A stretch of DNA of 62,961 nt, filler included, from Globobulimina sp. (lineage: Eukaryota): assembly GCA_003354225.1 (NCBI GenBank). It is 34 parts of 34 records of this genome, joined end to end, with 100 filler letters (N's around TTAATTAATTAA, not from the genome) between each part and the next. Parts side by side here need not be neighbours in the genome. Positions count along the whole stretch, not along the records: positions 57,503 to 59,255 come from PIVH01012336.1; positions 59,356 to 61,108 come from PIVH01012337.1; positions 61,209 to 62,961 come from PIVH01012338.1; 31 more parts are not named here. One strand, 5' to 3'. Made by a program: the position numbers and the translations under genes. The notes under the pieces are model-generated. The model worked only from the letters and a program-made list of their open reading frames with translations. It was not told the origin of the DNA and did no database searches. Below, in pieces: positions 59,093 through 62,961 of this stretch; position 1 is the first letter of the stretch, and every line of letters begins with the position of its first letter.

Positions 59093-59618
59093 GTTTCAAT
59101 TATTTTAAAAGGGATTGTCGGATTTATTTTAAGCAGTTCTAAATTTACAATTTTCTACGGTGCTCAAAAATGGCTGCGGCCAAATTAAAAACACACAATG
59201 ATAACGAATTAGAGAACCGATTGGTGGAAGCTGGATTTGTTAATTTATCCAAAATNNNNNNNNNNNNNNNNNNNNNNNNNNNNNNNNNNNNNNNNNNNNT
59301 TAATTAATTAANNNNNNNNNNNNNNNNNNNNNNNNNNNNNNNNNNNNNNNNNNNNTAAAGTGCGTTTTTGAAACGTTTTTAATTTTACGCAAAAATATCA
59401 GTTTGTAAGCTCTATTTTTCTCACTTTTCAACAACTACCCAACTTATGGCAACACGTACAATTAACAAAGAAAGATGGAGTTGGTATGCAATTAATGGGG
59501 TATGAAGATGCTGATCTTATGGTCAAGTTTTTCGGAATTGGTAACAGATAATATTAAATATCCAACATTAGAGTGACTGAAGTAGGGTTGTCATGCAGTG
59601 CTGCTGTCAGATTGTTGA

Positions 59619-60788
59619 TCAATAATATTCGTCACTATCTTCTTCTGCTTCTTGTTGCATTTGCTTCATCATCATTCGCCAGACGTCCTCATTATCCGTT
59701 ACCTTCATCTTTTTATATCCGACCATTTGGCATTGATTCGACATATTTTCAATTGTAAATCTTGGAGATAATTGTACATTGCATTTGACATTCACCGTAA
59801 AACGTTTCCGTGTCTCACTATGTATCATAATAGTATTCAACTTTGATTTTGCATCATGATCCAATATAAGATGAAATACATTGGATTTCGCCATTAAATC
59901 ATCTTTCGCAAACAACCAAACCCGTTCGATTGATGCTGGAAGATATTTAGTACTCAGACTCGAGCTCGCTGCTTGTCGAAAATCCATAAAAATTGGTACC
60001 ATTTCAATGGCTTTGGTGTTTGCCGAAAATCCGAACATAAACATTGCTCCGCCTCCGCGTTGAACCCACGATTTACGAAATGGTAAAACCTCATATCCAA
60101 ATGAACAGTTTTTTGTTGATGGCTCCATTGAACGTTGTATTCTAAATATCGAAAATGGTGAATCTAATCCAATTTTTCCGAGAAATGCTTGTTGTTTTTT
60201 ATTGAAAACTTTGGTAATATCCTGTGCCTTATTAAAATGTATGGTGATATCTCCAATATATACACCTTGGCCATGACCATCTGAATCCAAACTGCAATCA
60301 GATACGGTGAAATTATTGTTTTTATGGACCCAATGATCACTGGTTGAATCTCTGCTAAATGATTCACGTGATTTCAATGGAAATTTCAATAAACCTTCAA
60401 ATACTTGCTCGCCGAATGCGGATTTGATTGTGTCAAATAAAATACATATTTTGCGGCGATCGAAAGTCATATTGGATTTCTTCTGCATATAAGTAACATA
60501 TTCTTTGATTTTTTTAACATCTTTGCGACTCAAACATAATCCACTTGTTTTGGTGGTGTTGAACTCAGTCTCCTTCATTTCAACCGCACCATGTCTGGCT
60601 TTTCTTGCTTTGGTTAAGTTATATTTTTCTGTTTTTTTGGGGCGTCCTCTTTTTGGTGTCTTAGGTTGCTGTTCGTTGTTGTTTGTATTGCTGATATTTG
60701 TTAAACTGTTTCTTTTTGGTTTCTTGGACGGTGGTTCTTGTTCGTTCTCTTGATTTAAAACGATTCTCTTTCTCTTATTACGAGCCAT
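59619..60788 (-). CDS. AT-hook-containing nuclear protein with an unrecognised globular domain
   Basis: Complete 389-aa ORF with NLS-like RNKRKR / PPSKKPKR and AT-hook PKRGRPKK. Confidence 0.65.
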   Translation of the reverse strand: MARNKRKRIVLNQENEQEPPSKKPKRNSLTNISNTNNNEQQPKTPKRGRPKKTEKYNLTKARKARHGAVEMKETEFNTTKTSGLCLSRKDVKKIKEYVTYMQKKSNMTFDRRKICILFDTIKSAFGEQVFEGLLKFPLKSRESFSRDSTSDHWVHKNNNFTVSDCSLDSDGHGQGVYIGDITIHFNKAQDITKVFNKKQQAFLGKIGLDSPFSIFRIQRSMEPSTKNCSFGYEVLPFRKSWVQRGGGAMFMFGFSANTKAIEMVPIFMDFRQAASSSLSTKYLPASIERVWLFAKDDLMAKSNVFHLILDHDAKSKLNTIMIHSETRKRFTVNVKCNVQLSPRFTIENMSNQCQMVGYKKMKVTDNEDVWRMMMKQMQQEAEEDSDEYY

Positions 60789-60859
60789 TAAAATCGGTTC
60801 TTAAATGAATGTGAGGTTTCAGAAGCTGAACGTTTTTTATCTGGATTGTATTTTGTGGC

Positions 60860-61108
60860 TATGAGTAATTTAGACGCAAAAGATTCTACAGGAGTTTCGA
60901 ATGAAGAAGAAAAACATGAACAGTCAATGGGTTTGCAATATGGACAAGTTTCATTGCTTGATTTTTATAATATTTTACAACAAGCCATTGCATTGTATGA
61001 TATCCGGACAAAACATAAGTTCAAAAGATCACATGTTAAACATGCACAAAACCTAACTGATCCATCCAATTTGAAGCGATTTAAATCAAATAAATACTTA
61101 TTTTTTTC
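60860..61108 (+). CDS. Hypothetical protein N-terminus, 3'-partial
   Basis: MSNLDAKDSTG..., open to the contig edge. Confidence 0.5.
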
Positions 61109-61208
61109 NNNNNNNNNNNNNNNNNNNNNNNNNNNNNNNNNNNNNNNNNNNNTTAATTAATTAANNNNNNNNNNNNNNNNNNNNNNNNNNNNNNNNNNNN
61201 NNNNNNNN

Positions 61209-61697
61209 AATGACGAAGATAAAAAATGTACTCGAGGAAAAGGAACCATGTCTCTTGCAAAAATATTCATATCTTCGCCCAAAGCAAATCTGTATTTTGC
61301 AGTAATGATTGATATCAATGTGCTGCACAAAGAATTATAATGTTTATATTTTGGTGTTTTTATATCCAACATTTGCCTGCAAATCTCATCCAATTTCCAA
61401 TTATCCAAAATTATGGATATTTCAAGGTGGTCCAATAACCAATGAAAGCATTGTAACATATTATATATTTGAATGATGCTTGTTAGCTTTCTATCGTCTG
61501 GAAACACACAATTCCCAAATTTACACTTTCTGCGATAATCCACAGCCACAGTGTCCACAGAGATCCGCTCCATCACTAAGGCTCCGGTCCCAGCTCCGCT
61601 GCCACCACAGACACTGTGGTTTACTATAAAGCCTTGGATATTTGCACATTCTTCCACCATTAAACGCAATCTGTCATTAAATGTGTCAATATACCGG
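61209..61697 (-). CDS. Highly divergent alpha-tubulin-like protein, fragment
   Basis: DRLRLMVEECANIQGFIVNHSVCGGSGAG, ILDN..L.EICR..LDIKTP.Y and MVPFPRVHF. Confidence 0.85.
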
Positions 61698-61777
61698 CTG
61701 GATGCATATAAATTAAGTGTTTACAGACAACAAAGAAAAGAAAGAATGAACTGTATGAAACAAAACTTGTGTAATGA

Positions 61778-62961
61778 TCAGCAGAATGTACAACACCCGG
61801 CATTAGGACAGCATGGAACGCATATTTGAAGTTTAACGGAAAAAGAAAAGCCATCGGTTTGCAATATCCTCAACAGAAAAGAAGAAAAGGACACGACAGA
61901 AATAATAATAATCACAATCACAATCACAATATATCTGAACATGAATATAAACACTCTGACCCTGACTCACAAGGTCATGAATCTATTGATGGACGACACC
62001 CGTTAAATACGCAACACGCAGATTCAAAAAATGAACAGCAACCAGAAGAGTCAAAAAATGAACAGCAACCAATATTAGATCATGATCATCCTCAATTTAC
62101 AGAGCCTGAGGTAATCAAATATAAAGACAATCTCCGTATGATTTTCAATGGTTTAATCAGGCTTAGACCATATGTTGAGACGAGAGATCAGTATGCTAAA
62201 GAATTTGCTGCGGTACATGAACCAGCTCATGATTTTGTAGATGAAGAACAATGGAACCAGCAACATAAGCCGCCTAACTGTGTCAAGTGCGCAAAATGTC
62301 GAGGACCAATAACATCCAAAATCTTAATTGGAATTGGTTGTAAAAATGATGATTGTGATTGGTATACACATTTAATATGTTATGAAACATCATTCAAGAA
62401 AGGAAACATTTGTATAGGACATGAAGTGACAGAATTAGATGGCCAATGTTTCAGAAATAATGAAATTATTTCTTTGCTCAAAGAGGCCAAAGTAAATAAT
62501 AACTATTTAGGTTATTATCGAAAAAACAGCAGTCATTTAATAAAAATCATATATCCAACAGCAAATTTAAACGGATTGTATTGGGTTTCAAACGAAACAA
62601 TTGCTGAGTTTGAATTATTTTCAGTTGGATTTGGCTGGTTAAAGGATGCAGTTTCTTTGCAAGAAGCACGTAAAGAAGATAACCAATTGTACGTTGTAAG
62701 TGCTGAGATCTATGATACTTATTTAAAAGACGATGATGATTGGGCCAGAATCGATGTAGAGACATTAGATACAACAAAAGCTGCAAATTATAAGGATGTA
62801 ATGCGTAATGTATATGATAAAAACGATAAAAAGATTGATCCAATATTTTATTCAACAGTGGATTTAGATGATCCGGAAGAAAAAAATCCGGCAAAATATA
62901 ATATTAATAATATTATTGATGATTTTAACATTGTTCAGCAAATATATGTTATTAAAACTGG
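61778..62961 (+). CDS. Hypothetical protein with PHD-like Cys/His motif, 3'-partial
   Basis: Absent from the track because it has no stop. About 390 open codons including CAKC...GCKNDDCDWYTHLIC. Start is unclear (stops at ~61772). Confidence 0.6.

Noticed and set aside
1757-61208. Regularly spaced TTAATTAATTAA repeat as a CRISPR-like or biological array
   Set aside because: It is always embedded in N44 pads at contig joins, so it is an artificial six-frame stop linker.

Overview
This window is not one locus. It is 34 unrelated short contigs (1756 down to 1753 bp, sorted by length) joined by an artificial 100-nt spacer (N44-TTAATTAATTAA-N44), so nothing can be inferred about synteny across spacers, and ORF ends in 'XXX..LIN' are artefacts. 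Almost all contigs are AT-rich eukaryotic genomic DNA with short GT-AG introns (many 56-64 nt) and very short intergenic spaces. Gene content (divergent alpha-tubulin and H2A, Cys-rich and RCC1-repeat single-pass receptors, a recurring 'GYxR..P.E...LC..FY' module) suggests a rhizarian, probably a foraminifer. That assignment is an inference. Recognisable products: longin-domain protein, two-KH protein, MFS, Ctr, CNT and ABCG transporters, HtrA protease, Rab-GDI, SGNH hydrolase, WWE-PARP, flavoprotein fumarate reductase, RPEL protein, syntaxin-5, RRM protein, RasGEF, Ubc12-like E2, PhyH dioxygenase, penicillin acylase and H2A. Mobile DNA: two non-LTR retrotransposon pieces, a KDZ/Dada-like transposase remnant and a 211-bp MITE-like element. 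One contig is a bacterial-eukaryotic chimera. I found no multi-gene novel system that the sequence supports. The best leads are a fumarate reductase ending in a PTS1 (-SKL), a tRNA-like gene with a shortened anticodon arm centred on TTA beside the KDZ/Dada-like remnant, a bacterial-type penicillin acylase ending in a CaaX box, a RanBD-ZnF-PUB-RasGEF fusion, a kinase-less RIOK3-like protein, a Cys-less Ubc12-like E2 and an orphan contig-spanning ORF. All family calls come from motif recognition by eye, not database searches.
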